A stretch of 64,000 nucleotides of DNA. Source: Sarea resinae (lineage: Eukaryota). The stretch's first letter is position 1; every line of letters begins with the position of its first letter. The stretch lies in the NCBI GenBank assembly GCA_026026165.1, contig JAPEUD010000005.1, positions 186,001 through 250,000 on the forward strand, read 5' to 3'. Under the pieces are notes generated by a model, which saw nothing but the letters and a program-made list of their open reading frames with translations, did not search any database and was not told where the DNA came from. The translations under genes were made by a program, and so were the position numbers. Of the stretch, positions 11,784 to 24,549 are shown one piece after another.

Positions 11784-13040
11784 TCAAAAGCCGTCCCCTT
11801 CTTGCCATGGCCGTCCTGACTCTTCGGCTCTGATGCGGGGATCCTTTCCCCGTTCAAAGGCAGCTTCTTTCCGTTTCCCCAACTCGGTCATGAGACCGTC
11901 GATTTTCTCCCGCAAGACGACATCTTTGCCAAGCTCGGGAACTTCCAAGTGGGCGGCGTCATCCAGACGACCCTCTGCCTTTGCAGACTGAATCATCTCA
12001 TCCTTGCTATGCCAGTCGAGAAGCTCGTTCTCGCTGATCTGCAATTGATACCGAAGTTCAAACCAGTCATTGAATTCGTTCGGCCCACCAAAGCACAGAC
12101 CGAAGCCGTCGCAATAGCACGCATGCTGTACGGGGCAGGCTACGTTTTGGCCAGTGAACACAAACTGCCAGAGATATTCCCAAATTCGACCGGAGATGTA
12201 GTCGCTCAAGGGAGTCCGTAGAAGCCAATCTCGATAGAAGATGAATCGACTCAACGGTATAGACTGAACCCGGTCACGGGACAGAGCGAATTGCGCGCAA
12301 CAGGGTTGCGCCAGAATATCCGGGATAGGATCCAGCGGGAAAAGCTCGCTCCATGATTTGGCAAGAAGAACCTCCTCTTGCTTGTTGATATCCTCGTCCA
12401 CGGTACCTGGGTGCATCCAATCCGGGCACCCGGGATCCCAGTGACATCGCATATTCATATACCCTTCTCTGGAGACTCTCTCGCTACTCAGTCTCTTGAT
12501 CATCTGGGATGCATCGTAGTCTAACAAGTCGTCGTTGTGCCAGGCGTATCGATGAGCATGCATGAATATCATCACATCAGGGAGTTCGTCGTAATGGTCG
12601 ATGATGTAGGTGAGATATATCATCACCTCGTGGCCCTTGTTCTTCGGCGGATGCAGCGTTGCGGATGGGTCATCGGCAACATAGATGGCCGTATCTATGT
12701 CTGGAAGTTCTTGTCCAATCCAGCCAACATCCTCATCACTCATCCTGGGCATCACCAGTGTCCGCGTGTAGTTTGATCCGGGAGGTTTCGTGTTTCCTGG
12801 CCGAAAGGCGGGCTTGGGAGCGATTTGATCGACATCTTGCGCGGTCGGGCGAGACTGGCCCTTGGTTGTGTCGTCCGACGATTTAGCGGGCTTGGGGTCC
12901 GGTAAAGTCTCGCCCAAACCGACGGCCTGCGGCAAGCGTTGCCATGATTCTCGAAGGTCGATAAAGTGAAATAAGAGAACGAAGAGTGCGGCGCTTGTCA
13001 CAGCTAGCAATGGCACAAGTCGTTTGGTCGGCGTCATCAT
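11784..13040 (-). CDS. DUF3431-family protein with N-terminal signal anchor
   Basis: Motifs PKNKGHEVMIYLTYIIDHYDELPDVMIFMHAHRYAWHND, QPCCAQFALSRDR and SGRIWEYLWQ. First ATG is at 13040 (the track start at 13058 is TTG). TM segment LVPLLAVTSAALFVLLFHF. No intron needed. Confidence 0.9.
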   Translation of the reverse strand: MMTPTKRLVPLLAVTSAALFVLLFHFIDLRESWQRLPQAVGLGETLPDPKPAKSSDDTTKGQSRPTAQDVDQIAPKPAFRPGNTKPPGSNYTRTLVMPRMSDEDVGWIGQELPDIDTAIYVADDPSATLHPPKNKGHEVMIYLTYIIDHYDELPDVMIFMHAHRYAWHNDDLLDYDASQMIKRLSSERVSREGYMNMRCHWDPGCPDWMHPGTVDEDINKQEEVLLAKSWSELFPLDPIPDILAQPCCAQFALSRDRVQSIPLSRFIFYRDWLLRTPLSDYISGRIWEYLWQFVFTGQNVACPVQHACYCDGFGLCFGGPNEFNDWFELRYQLQISENELLDWHSKDEMIQSAKAEGRLDDAAHLEVPELGKDVVLREKIDGLMTELGKRKEAAFERGKDPRIRAEESGRPWQEGDGF

Positions 13041-13447
13041 AAGCAGTGATCCGCGCAAAAAAGGCCCCCACTGCGTCGATCAGGCGGGAGTCTACTCGAA
13101 CATGCAGAGACCTAGGGGTTGAGAATCGAAAGAGCTCTGCACGAGATTGAGAGATCAGTAAAGGGAATCGCACCGTGCAATTGCCGCGGGAGAGTGTTGC
13201 TCATGATGTTACATACATTACTACGCCGCGCATGGGTCAGGGACGATCATCAGGCCCGAGGGGGTCGGCACAGAAAGTCGATCCTAGAGCACTGCGGTCG
13301 AAACCGAATGACGAGCTGCAGGGTGTTGGGCCTCGGTCGAGGGAGACGAGTCAAACCACAAAGGACGAGATGGATGGAGGTGGAGGTGGAGGTGGAGATT
13401 GAGAGGCTTATGATGAGGCTGAATTCTGTGGCACGAATGCACTCACT

Positions 13448-13495
13448 CGTCGAGTCGTCGAGTCGTCGAGGCGTCGAGGCGTCGAGGCGTCGAGG
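13448..13495. repeat. Tandem 8-mer (CGTCGAGK)x6
   Basis: CGTCGAGT x2 followed by CGTCGAGG x4, about 400 bp upstream of the DUF3431 gene. Confidence 0.9.
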
Positions 13496-14541
13496 ACAGA
13501 ACAGGCTGACGACGCCAAGTGGAGAGAGACGGGGCAACCCCAGCAGCGCTGACGGAAGGCGGGCAGCCTACGACTAAACCGACCTGACCATTACCTTGGT
13601 TAGTACGGAGTACGGAATAGTACTACAGTAAGACGTCCAGGGCATCGTTTCCTCGTACTGCGGCGCAACGGTCGATGCAGGTCCAACGCCTCCGTAAGGA
13701 GTCCGTAGGGAGGGTACGAGTACTCCGTACGAGTACGAGCTTCGACCAGGCCGGACATGAAACGTTAGAGCCCTCGCAAACAGCACGACTGGGTGCGGGT
13801 ATCCACCAGGTATTTGGGTCGTCAGGGTCACATTTGGATGCGCACGCAGGCGGGACTGGCGATGAGTACCGTGTACTTGGTAGTACTACGAGTACGACTC
13901 TCACGTTGTGGGAGGAGGACTCACGCGCGGCGCACGAGAATGCTCTCGTACCAGGAACGAGCAATGGAAAAGCATGTGGAAGGTCCGACGCCCTAAACCG
14001 GCGTTGCTCCGCCGACGTTTCCGGTAAGGATGAGATCCATCCTCCACCCCCCAGCCCGCTAACGGCTGAACGAACTCGACCTCACTACTCCGTATTCCTC
14101 ACGTCGTGAGATGAAACTGTCTTGAGCACACCTTTCCACTTCCGATGCAAAGCTGTACTCTCAGTACGTGTAGCTAGGTGATCTAGCCCAAAGGTCCTAT
14201 GATGTATAAATACATTTGATATCTCTACTTTCAGTTGGTGAAGAAAGCAATGCGCCTCTCGCCGCATACAAATCCTTCCCGTAACCCTCCTAGCCTTTCC
14301 AGTCCATCCTCGAAGCATATTTCCCCCCCCCCGCCCCTTCTCAAAGACAGATAGAGAGCCTTGAGAAATCGCTGAAAACATAAGAAAAGTACGTCAAGAA
14401 CAAATCAAGCGCCCGCTTGGGTGTCCGCTACCAAGCATTCTCGATATCATGGATACCGCAGGGAATATCAAATATATGGCAGAGGACAGTACAGCAACGA
14501 TAGAAGCAGAAGGAAGCGCTCTTGATAGGGGCGAGTATCAG

Positions 14542-16881
14542 CTAATGATCGGTCCAGAATGAGTGCGGCGAGTGAACCCGAGCAGATTGTGGAGGCGACC
14601 GAGGCGTCATGGGCCGATTATATGTCCTGATCGAGGCGAGTTTACGCGTTGCGTCTCGAGCATATACACCAAATAGCGATTCGTCGTCTGAGATCTTCTC
14701 TGGTTTTGCTGTCCGACCGATTTTGGCGTCCACTGGGGGTGCCAACCTCCACTTTCGATTCACTTCATTTTCATCGTCGACGATAACGATCATCCATACG
14801 CCAATCTTGCCGTTGTGTCCAAATAGAGGTGTACAGTGAATCCAGCGACTCCGACCTTCGTCCGATTTTGAGGTCCATCGAACCTTGGCCGTAACCCCCC
14901 GACCCTCAGCCAAAGCAGCGGTCAATTCTTCTCGAACACGACTTGAACCCCCGATCTTGTTCATGAAAGGGGACTGGAGGATACCCGGAACTCGTAGTGA
15001 AGGAGATGCAAACAGAATTCGAAGTGATGGATAAGGCCGTACGAGAAGATACTGTATGCATGTCAGTCGTTGCAGGCACAGGATTTGGGAGCCCGATGTT
15101 GTTACATTCTGATACACCGAAGTGAGCTTGGTCTTCATTCTTCCCTCTGCCTGAAGCGTCCTGTTCTGTTCTGCGCCTTGTTCTCTCAATAGCAGTCTAG
15201 GCCGATGCCAGTGCTTATTGCTGTTATCTTCATCGTCGAAATGGTCCCGGTGCATCCGTCCGCCGTATTTGCGAACGGTTTCCAGTTCTGCCACATTGAG
15301 CATTTCGCTCAATTCCTGAAACTCATTCGTGTCATCTCCTCCTGCAACGCTTCCATTGATGAGGCTGGTCTTATCCATGTCCTGACCGGCCACAAGACGA
15401 CCGAGAGATTCCAAGTCCGTACAATCTTTGACTAAGCCAGATACATCAGCCTGAGCTCCAATATAATACCGAATTTTGCCTCGACTGTCGCACAACGGTG
15501 CTGTCATGAGCAAATTCATGAACGGAGAACCATCTCGTCGACTGTGAAGGCTTAGCGAAAGTTCGGTGACCATTGTTGGTACGCCTTCGACTTACTAGTT
15601 GAGAAAAACCTCGCAATGATCTTTTCCAGCGCGGAGAGCGTCGCCAATCCTCTTGACGCTGAAAGGATTGGTATTAGGGCCCTGAAGGAAACGACAGTTG
15701 CGTCCAACGGCGTAATCTACGCCATACTGGGTGGTCCGATGAAATTCTGGAGCACATCCAATGTCAGATGTCAATCCATTAGTGACGCTACCAGATGGTC
15801 AACATACCCTCCGAAGCAAATATGATTGGATTATCTGGTCTCGAGGGATCTGTGAGGCAGAATACTTCCGCGAGACCTTCCGACGCTTCACGTAGGTGAG
15901 GAGGGAGTGTTCCGGATACCCTCCTTTGAACGTGCTGGCTGACCACCTGTACGTATAAATGAGTGATATATGCTGGGAGATCGTTCTTCACCAGTACGTC
16001 AAAAGCCTGATTAGCCTTTTCTTCGAGGATTGCATTGACCGTCATTCTAGGAGGATGTGTGGTGAAGTCGTGATCTTCGATCGGCTCAAGGCTTTCCTGG
16101 ATTGCATTCGAATATTTGATAGCCCGGAGAGCTTTCAGGGCGTCCAGGTAGTAAATGAGAACAGGCATCGATTGAGGCCGGTATTTGCCAAGAAAAGAGC
16201 TGAACTTATGCAACAGCACACGGTCTGCAAATATGACCTCTAGGTGTTCTCGTGAAAAGAGTTGTTGGGATCGTGTCTCCAGGGAAAAGCCCGTGTGCTT
16301 TTGAGTGTGATCCAACGGAGCAACTAAGTCAAAAGATTTTGGATCATCTTCCAGCAGTGGGTCCATTGGATCTGAGTCGTCAGGCAGGCCTTTAGTCTGC
16401 AATGGACCTAGTAGGTCTGGCGATGTGCCCGTTGTGTCATGAGTTTCCACCGCCGATGCATTCGAACTCCTTTGAGAGCTCTGAGGCCGTGTTGCTGGGC
16501 TTGAGAGAAGTGAACCATCATCATCATTGGATCGCGGTCGCTGGCGGTAATGGCGATCCCGGACGCTGATAGTGGGTAGAATTTAGTGTCAGGAAAGATT
16601 CAAGGAATTGAACTTCGTTACCTAGTCCGTGATGGCATCCGGATCGAGCCTTGGGGGAGGTCTTGGACGGGTGACACTCCATCCTCATCCAGAGTAAGAG
16701 ATGTACCCGTGAGAGGCGTCATTGAAGGGTCTCCGAAGCCAGCAGTATCCGAGAAGTCAGTATCCAAGTAGGGCCTCTGAAAATCTCGAATTTCAGTCAC
16801 ACCAGATCGTTTCACGTCATTGACAGCAGTCCAAGGCTCCTGTACTGAGGTCGCATCATGATCCATGAGCTTTGAAGGCAT
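14542..16881 (-). CDS. RGS-LOV blue-light photoreceptor with C-terminal PAS-like domain (5 exons)
   Basis: Introns 16566-16621, 15747-15807, 15542-15595 and 15052-15105 give one frame. LOV core FCLTDPSRPDNPIIFASEEF...VGRNCRFLQG...NYRRDGSPFMNLL...YYIGAQADV has the photoactive Cys; it lies in an exon the ORF track misses. A helical RGS-like region precedes it and the YLLVRPYPSLRILFASP...WIHCTPL...GVWMIV domain follows. Confidence 0.9.
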
Positions 16882-19024
16882 GAGTTGGAACAGCTGGACT
16901 GACGAGTCCTCAGAGCAAGCGGCTTGATCGGTTGGAGGGACGAGTCTTGATAGGATCTAAGGGCAGGGAGACAATTGGCAACGAGGCATCAGCTGGCCAG
17001 CGAGTCACGACAGGACGCAGGCGATTATAAAGACATTCCTGCCTTGCTTGCGGATGGCAATTCTCCGTGAGAAGGATTGCCCAATGCGCTAAGCATGGCG
17101 GTTTCCGGCATAGGAGGTGGTAACGAACGCTCTCGCAAATGGTCACAGGCGTAGCACAGACAAGATGGGAAGGGGAGACCTCTCGAGCTTTTTTCCGGCA
17201 TGTGTCTGCCCATTGGCAAAGCGCGAGAGCCAGGTGGGCACCTCACTGTACTGTAGAATGGGTTGTGCCTAGCTTTTTGCAGGAATGGGTGGATCGCCTT
17301 TGTATAAATCGATGGGCAGATCCTAACAGGCGTGCACGACGATCGATCACAACCATCCCGTCGCGGCCATCGAGAGCTAGAGGCTATCTGCGCTACTATG
17401 GAGTAGTCGGGTGCACTGTAGTGGTGGAGTACGGAAAAAGGGATAGCATCGACGGGTCCCCAAAGCCTCATCCGTGTGCCGTCTTCACGCCACAGATGAT
17501 ACTTGATGATTATTATGATATCTTTTCCACTGCGCAGTCATCTTTCGAATTGCTCATATGCGCTAGATGGAGGGCGGTTTCTACCACCACCGCCACAGCT
17601 GATGCCCGCATGAGGGTACCGAATAATTCATGGAGTAATGGATGGAAATCACGGGGCACTCGATTCGTTTAAAGTCCAGTGAGGTACCCCGAGTACCCAC
17701 CGAGACACCTCACACTCTACTCGGGTACGCAGTACAGTGGAGGTACGAAGTACTATCCATTGTAAGGTAGCTGGAGCCCTGGAGGCCACGGAGAGGCTTG
17801 GCCCTTGCCGTAGTCCTGGACGATCGAACGACCGTCCCGGACTTCGTGTCTTTTGGTGCTAATCTAGGAACCCTGGAGCTCATTCCCCAGAGTCTCACTT
17901 GCACTACGAAGCCAATTGCTCACCACATCATGGAGAAGCGTTGGAAAAACAAAAGAGTCGGTTCGAAGTCGTCGATCTCCGCTTCCTCGAGTAGGTAGGT
18001 ACCGTAAGGTGCTCTACTCCGGAGTAGTAGTGTCAGGTACCGACTCCTGTGAAAGGCTCGCCACTCCCGCTACCCTACGATCGTGTGCCTGACCTAGCCG
18101 TTTCCCCTTTACTCTTACCCCACCATCCACCAGTCGGTTCGCACCCCTTGGCCCGCCTTGCCATAGCTGGCCGTTGACCCGTCCTCGGCCCTGCCCCGAG
18201 TCGAGTCCGTCGGACTCCGTCTCCAGCAACAAACGCGGTCTTCTCCCGTCTCCCGTCCGTCACGAAGGGCCCAGCGAGACAAACCATGCTCGTGACAATG
18301 ACGGGAGCGGCGGGGACTGAAGATTGCCGACACCTGCGCCTCCCCTGTCTCTACCACTATGTAATCCGAAATGACGGTTCGAATCGTTCGATATTTTCCC
18401 TAGCTTGATGCAATCGATCTTCTTCCATGTTATTGCATGATCGTTGTGATCACCGGTTCATCGCAGATAGGCTTCGGCGAAATCTCAGATTAGGCCTTTT
18501 CTAGGTAAGGTAGCCACGATGTACTTCATACTCGAGTAAACTTGGTTTATTGCGGGACTGTTGCTGCCACGCACCTCAGCTGCCACGACCGACACGTGGT
18601 AATCGCGCCGATTCAGACAGTATATTCTGCGGAAGATGGGGTCTATCCGCAGTGGAACTGCCGTGGTGACTGACCAAACCCACCTAGGACAATATTGAAT
18701 CAGGCGGTCGGGTTCGGGCCGGATGCTTGCCATGTCGACGATTCATTCGAGTGCCGTCCGGCATGAAGCTTTTTGAATAATCGGCTTCCCCCATGCCGTC
18801 TACACGTAAATCCCATGAAGCTACGACCCTGACTAGATGGTCTTCTGCTCCTTGTAAGTCGTTCCCATTAACAGGTAAGTCGTTCTCGATCGACCAAGGA
18901 AATCGATATGTCAGAAGTGGACGTTGTTCTATACATCATTTGAGACCGATAAATGGTGACTAGCGCTGTAGGCAGCTCAGCCAATATGCTATATTATGTG
19001 CTCTAAGTCTTATATACGAACATC

Positions 19025-20484
19025 TCATATTCTATCCGACAAGAATCGTTGATCAATTGCACTGGGCATCTGACCTTCTTTTATACTGCTGGTTGAGACG
19101 TCAAAGGAAGTGGTTTTCAAGATGATTCCTTCAGGACCCATCGTCGAAGCAGACGGGTCGAATATCTCCTCTTGGCTATCGTTCGTCGTGTTACGTGATT
19201 TCGACCCATTTGATCCAATGTTGTTGGCACCACTGAAGTCCGAGAAAACTTTACGAGAATTGGTTTTCCCTGCGACTCTTTGCAGAGACATTTTCAACGG
19301 CCGCGCTACGTACGGGAAGCACGAGACCGTAATCTAGAGCATTGACTATCAGTATGACCATCTAAAAACTTCAGATAGAATCAATGGGGTATACGCACAC
19401 CAACATTAAGCTCCATGGCGCCCCATGCTATCAACCATGTCGAGTTCCCCGACTTGAGAATAGTGTGGATCTGCGCCAATCGCAAAGCTGAGAACACAGT
19501 GGTGGTGATACCGAACAAGAACACAGCAGTAAGGTATATCCTCTGCATTCGAGGAGGGTTGAGGACTCGAAAGAGCTCCAGGGCAAACGTGAAGATGATG
19601 GCGTCGAAAGCTATCGTAGGTGCTCCCACAGCATAGAATACAGGGACAGAGGGGAGACAGTGACCGGAATGGGTGGGATCCCACGACTTCTTCACCTAAA
19701 GCAAAGAATTAGTTGGTGAATCGTGAGGACTCACTAAGGACTTGATCGTGACTTACAGGAATACATTGAAATATCAAGACAAGCGTGCTGGCGATATGAA
19801 ATAGCACGCAGATGACGATCGTTATCACTATGCACAATCGGTGGTAGAAAACACCATTTACCCCTCGGAGAATACGCAAGTAGCCAAGGGCGACCGCAAC
19901 TTTGTAACCAAGAATCCCAAGCTGATAAAATGGTCTGCCAGCGAAGTTGAGCTGCCCACCAACATGTTAGACGGTTTTCCCGCCAGCGATAGCAGTCCCT
20001 GAATTTCACGAACCTTTGAGTAAGTCAGCAGATCCTGTTTTGGCCGAAGAGCCAAAGGTAAACCAAGGCCCCATCTGGTTTCTATGACGGAAATATTAGA
20101 TCGACAATCCCCTCTGACGCAAACTGGGCACTGACGATTGATAGCTAGAACGCTATAAATAATGCTAAAGACCTAATCGAAGGTTCAGCAACATCAGCTA
20201 TACTGCTCCGTCTACAAGGCGCATTGGGCCACCACGCAGCCCGCTCAGCTTCCAGTCATTATGCTTACTGCTGATATGAGAATTACCCAGCCCTCGGTAT
20301 GGATATTCCGAAACATGGTCTGAACCGAACGGTTTCCTCCGATGAAGCGACTGGCTATTCGTGCGCATACGGTAATGATCATGACACAAGTAAAAACAAT
20401 GCAGAGGGCAAGAATTTTCCGATACTCAGAATCGGCCTCGACATTGGGCGATGCATGCTGCACCCACCGTGCCGTGAGACGCAT
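19025..20484 (-). CDS. PTH11-like / fungal 'rhodopsin-domain' multi-pass membrane protein without CFEM (6 exons)
   Basis: Introns 20173-20268, 20082-20135, 19952-20013, 19696-19756 and 19334-19398. Joined protein has RWGLG, FAGRPFYQLGILGYKVA..GYLRI, IFQCIPVKKSWD...GHC, FSALRL and WGAMELNVGITVSCFP, all typical of this family. Confidence 0.85.
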
Positions 20485-22408
20485 CTTGAACAAAGACCGC
20501 TCTGGATGACGCTGGCCGCAACTCAGATCTCACATCTTGAAGGGCTGAAGATATATATGGCACGGGAGGGGTTAAGAGAGCATGCGTATCATCCAAGACT
20601 CGACGGTCCCCTGTCATTCGAGAGACCCAAGCGGCTCTTGGGAGAGATCGACCAATATGAGTTGGTTAAGATCAACAGAGAGAGTCGACGGCAAGGCAGG
20701 TGAAGAGCATGAGCAGCATTGGACCTCCCACGCTTGCGAGGGCAGGGGTGGAACAAGGGACGATCATGGAGGTGGGGAGTAACTCTGTCCGTGCTCTCAC
20801 TTTGATTGGGCACGCCGAGGGAGCAACGACTGACACCCTAGGTCGAAAGGCGCCCAGGTGCCCTTTCTCGTCAAGCGTCTGTCAAAGCAATATAGGTCAG
20901 GTAGGTCCACGGGTATCTCCTACTATGTAGAGAGCCCGAGGTTCTGTCGTCAAGGTGTAGAGTACAGCACCTAACTGCGCAGTCGCAGACGGCGGGACGG
21001 CGGGCGTCTCCGCAGCATCGCGCCCGACATCTTCGACTTACATCGTAGAACATTGAATTCTCTCCGCCATCCGCTCCACATTATTCAAAGAGGAAAGACG
21101 GCAAGGAACAAGCTGGTTGAGGGCAAATCTGGACTCTGCTTTTACTGTCACCTTCTCGCAAAGTAACAATAATGGAGGCAAGGATCATCGTCCACGGCCC
21201 CTGATCCGTCATGATTACGGTCATGATTACGGTCTAGAAGCATCCGAGCAGACCTCTTGGACGAGAGGGAGACGGGCAAGCCCGTATGATCTCGAGTCAG
21301 ACATGACTTGGCTGGCTTGGCCACTCGGGCGGACGAAACGATGAAACGAGACGCCGGAAATCTCTCGTACCTAACAGGTAGGTACCTTACTCATCCATGG
21401 ATCGTTCTTCGATGCTGCGCCCCGCTCTTGCTTGTTGATGTGCTTCAATCCTCGTGCCTTCTGCATCGTGCGTCGACAGACAACCGGGAAGTACTCTCCT
21501 CATCGGACTCGGTGATAGGCACTCTATCTTCCATTACCTACCTTAGCCCAATCGCCACGAAGGACGATGCACTGACGATGATCAATCCATTTGATACCTC
21601 GTGTTGGTTTGATGGTGTGTGAGATGTCAAAAGGTACACACACATACGGTCCAAACCAAGGAGGGAAGACCAAGGGATGATCCTCTTCCACATTCCTTCT
21701 GCCTCCTCTCCACCCCACGCTCTCGTACGTACAAATAGGCTCGAGATGGTGGGGACGCTTGATTCGGATAGTCCGTCGTAGTGAGAGATATGCCCATCGC
21801 ATACATCTACTCCTAACTACTTCATGCTTAGTCTTCCGACTAATTTCGACAGCTTCATCACGACATGGCCTCGGATTCGCTGGGCAGCCTCCCTTGAACG
21901 AATAGGACGCCGTCCGGCCCCTCCGCTATGTTGGACCCTGCAAACATCCATCCCCGATCGGACTGGTGGCTACTTTCCCTCCATCTGAGCAACAGCTCAG
22001 ATAGGTAGGTGGATAGCTACGTCGTAGTAAGTTGGGGATGATGATTCTTGACGAACCCAGCCAATTTCATCACTGGGAAGTCAGTCTGAGGTAGATAGCC
22101 TGCCGGTGCGGATTGGGGCTCGATACGATGCTCATTTCTCTAATGTTACTGTGCCACTGGATCACTTTACTGGCGTTACATCTTTTTGTCTCGAGTCATT
22201 CTATCGGCAATGGAAGGTTTGCAAGGGTGTCCCCATAGATGCATGAGACCAGACACCCACTGTTTGTCTCGGTCTCAAAAGTACTACCCTCCACGCATTT
22301 TCGTCATTGCATCCCCGCCCTTCTCGTGGTGCAGCATCCATATCTTTCCAGAAGCTTGGTCGGACTGTGATCTCCGTCCTTCATCGTTCGTCACGCGAGG
22401 AGATCACC

Positions 22409-24105
22409 ATGGCTTCATTGCGCACCGCGCACCCTTTGGGATCGATTGATGGTGAGAAGAATGAAGGGGTGGAGTCTTCCGCATCACAAGTCCATTCTCC
22501 GATTGATATGGACGAAGCGTACCAGTACATTCGAGAGGTTGATGCTGGAGATGCAACAATTGATCCGGAGGGTGATGTTGGTCTGAAGGCTTTGCGGAGG
22601 AAGATCGATTGGCGCATTGTGCCGATCATGTTCGCATGTTACACAATGCAATTTATCGACAAGGTTCTGATCAACGTCAGTATTGCTGCTTGCAATTATG
22701 TTCGCATGCTGTTTGAACTGACAGGAGAAAATAGTATGCTGCTGTCATGGGCCTGACCAAAGACCTGAAGCTCAAAGGCAATAACTTTACGGACCAGGCA
22801 ACATATTTCTTTGTCGCATATTTGCTAGCAGAGATTATCAATGGTAGAGTGGTTGCCGCCATAAATTTTTATGCAAATTGCTGATTCATTTTAAGGGTCT
22901 TTTCTTCAAAAAGTTCCCGCTGCGAAATGGTTAGGGTGCAATATCATCCTCTGGGGCATCTCAACTGCTTGTACCGCCGCGACGCACACTTATCGTGAAC
23001 TTCTTGCGGTCCGCATATTTCTTGGGATTTTTGAAGCTGCAATTGCGCCTTCATTAATGCTGATAAGCAGCCAGTGGTACACAAAATCCGAGCAAGCACC
23101 CCGATTTGCATTTTGGTATTGTGGGTTGGGGCTTGGACAGATTATTGGTGGACTCATTTCCTACGCCTTTCAGCATGTCCATCATCCAAGCTTCACTGGA
23201 TGGAGGATCATGTTTACCGCGCTTGGATGCGTCACGGTCGTAATAGGATTCATCGTTCTGTTTTTCCTTCCGGACACCCCAATGTCGTCTCGATTCCTGA
23301 CAGAAAAAGAGAAAGTCAGGCTTATCAAGCATGTCAGCGTCAACGAAACCGGAATTGAAAACAGGCAGTTTAAGCTTTCTCAAGTCATTGAAGCTTTATT
23401 CGACATCCAGATATGGTTACTTATACTCATAGTAATCCTGGTATGTATATCTCAATCCTGATCCACGGCGCAGACTCTGACTTCTTCTAGGTCTCGATTT
23501 CCAGCGGCGTGGTCACTACGTACTCCTCAACCCTCATCAGGGGGTTCGGCTACAAACCCCCGATTGCTGCGCTTCTCAATATGCCTTCCGGCGCTGTCAG
23601 TATCATATCGACCCTTGTATGCGGCTTTGCCATTGAGCGTACTTCACATAGATGGGCCTGGATCGTCGCTTGCTGCGTTCCTGGTATCATTGGTGGGGGC
23701 TTGATGTCCTACATGCACAACCAAGCTGGCCAACTTGCCGGTATCTATCTGGTCAACGCTATCGTCGCTCCTCTTACCATTATATACCAGTGGACTGTGG
23801 CCAATTGCGCGGGCCACAGCAAAAAGGTTGTCGCTACAGCGGCTGTGGCCGGCTCCTTTTCGATAGGCAACATCATCGGGCCACAAACGTTCCAGGCGAA
23901 GGATGCACCAGAGTATCATCCCGCGAAAATAACCGTCCTTGCGACGCAGGCAGCTGCCGCTTTCGTTTCGTTTGTTCTATTCTTATACTACGTCTGGTGT
24001 AATAAGAGCCGGGATCGTAAGCACGGATTGGAGATTGATGCGCAGGAGCGCCAATATGGTAATTTGACGGATAAGGAGAACACGGCCTTCCGATATGTAT
24101 ATTAG
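22409..24105 (+). CDS. MFS transporter, allantoate-permease (Dal5/ACS) family (4 exons)
   Basis: Motifs LRRKIDWRIVP, QFIDK, FLGIFEA, QWYTKSEQAPR, LPDTPMSSRFLT, GNIIGPQTFQAKDAPEY and NLTDKENTAFRYVY. Introns 22676-22734, 22844-22895 and 23441-23490. Confidence 0.92.
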
Positions 24106-24549
24106 GTAGATCTCGTACGGGGCTAGGCCGTTATTCCCATTTTTATTTTAACGCTTCTGGTATTCTGAGGTACGAAATATGAAGGATCTAGTATAGAAAA
24201 TACCTTAGAGAAAAACAAATCAAATCTATCAAATACGAGGATCGAAACCCCACGGTAGTATGGAGCATGGCGTAAGCGGAGCAAGGCGCCATGCGGGTGA
24301 TCTTGTCGCCGTTGCAAGCCGTTCACGGCCCTCGCCTCAGTACCCTTCGCTATGCATATACCGGGATTCATGATTGTTAGCATGGTAGACCTGTAGTGGG
24401 GCCATCCGGCCGTCCAAAGCATATGACGGTTGCAGCTCCGTTCATTAGGTACTTAAAGAGCTACGCAGTAAAAACAATCGTCGAGTCGACAAGTCAGATC
24501 GCTGAATGATCATCTAGAAAATCTTCTTCGATCGCAGATGTTTATCGAT

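Noticed and set aside
11428..11991. 187-aa plus-strand ORF
   Set aside because: Overlaps the DUF3431 3' end antisense and has no motif.
19025..20484. True retinal-binding opsin next to the LOV gene
   Set aside because: The last helix (WGAMELNVGITVSCFP) has no Schiff-base Lys; the motifs are PTH11-like.
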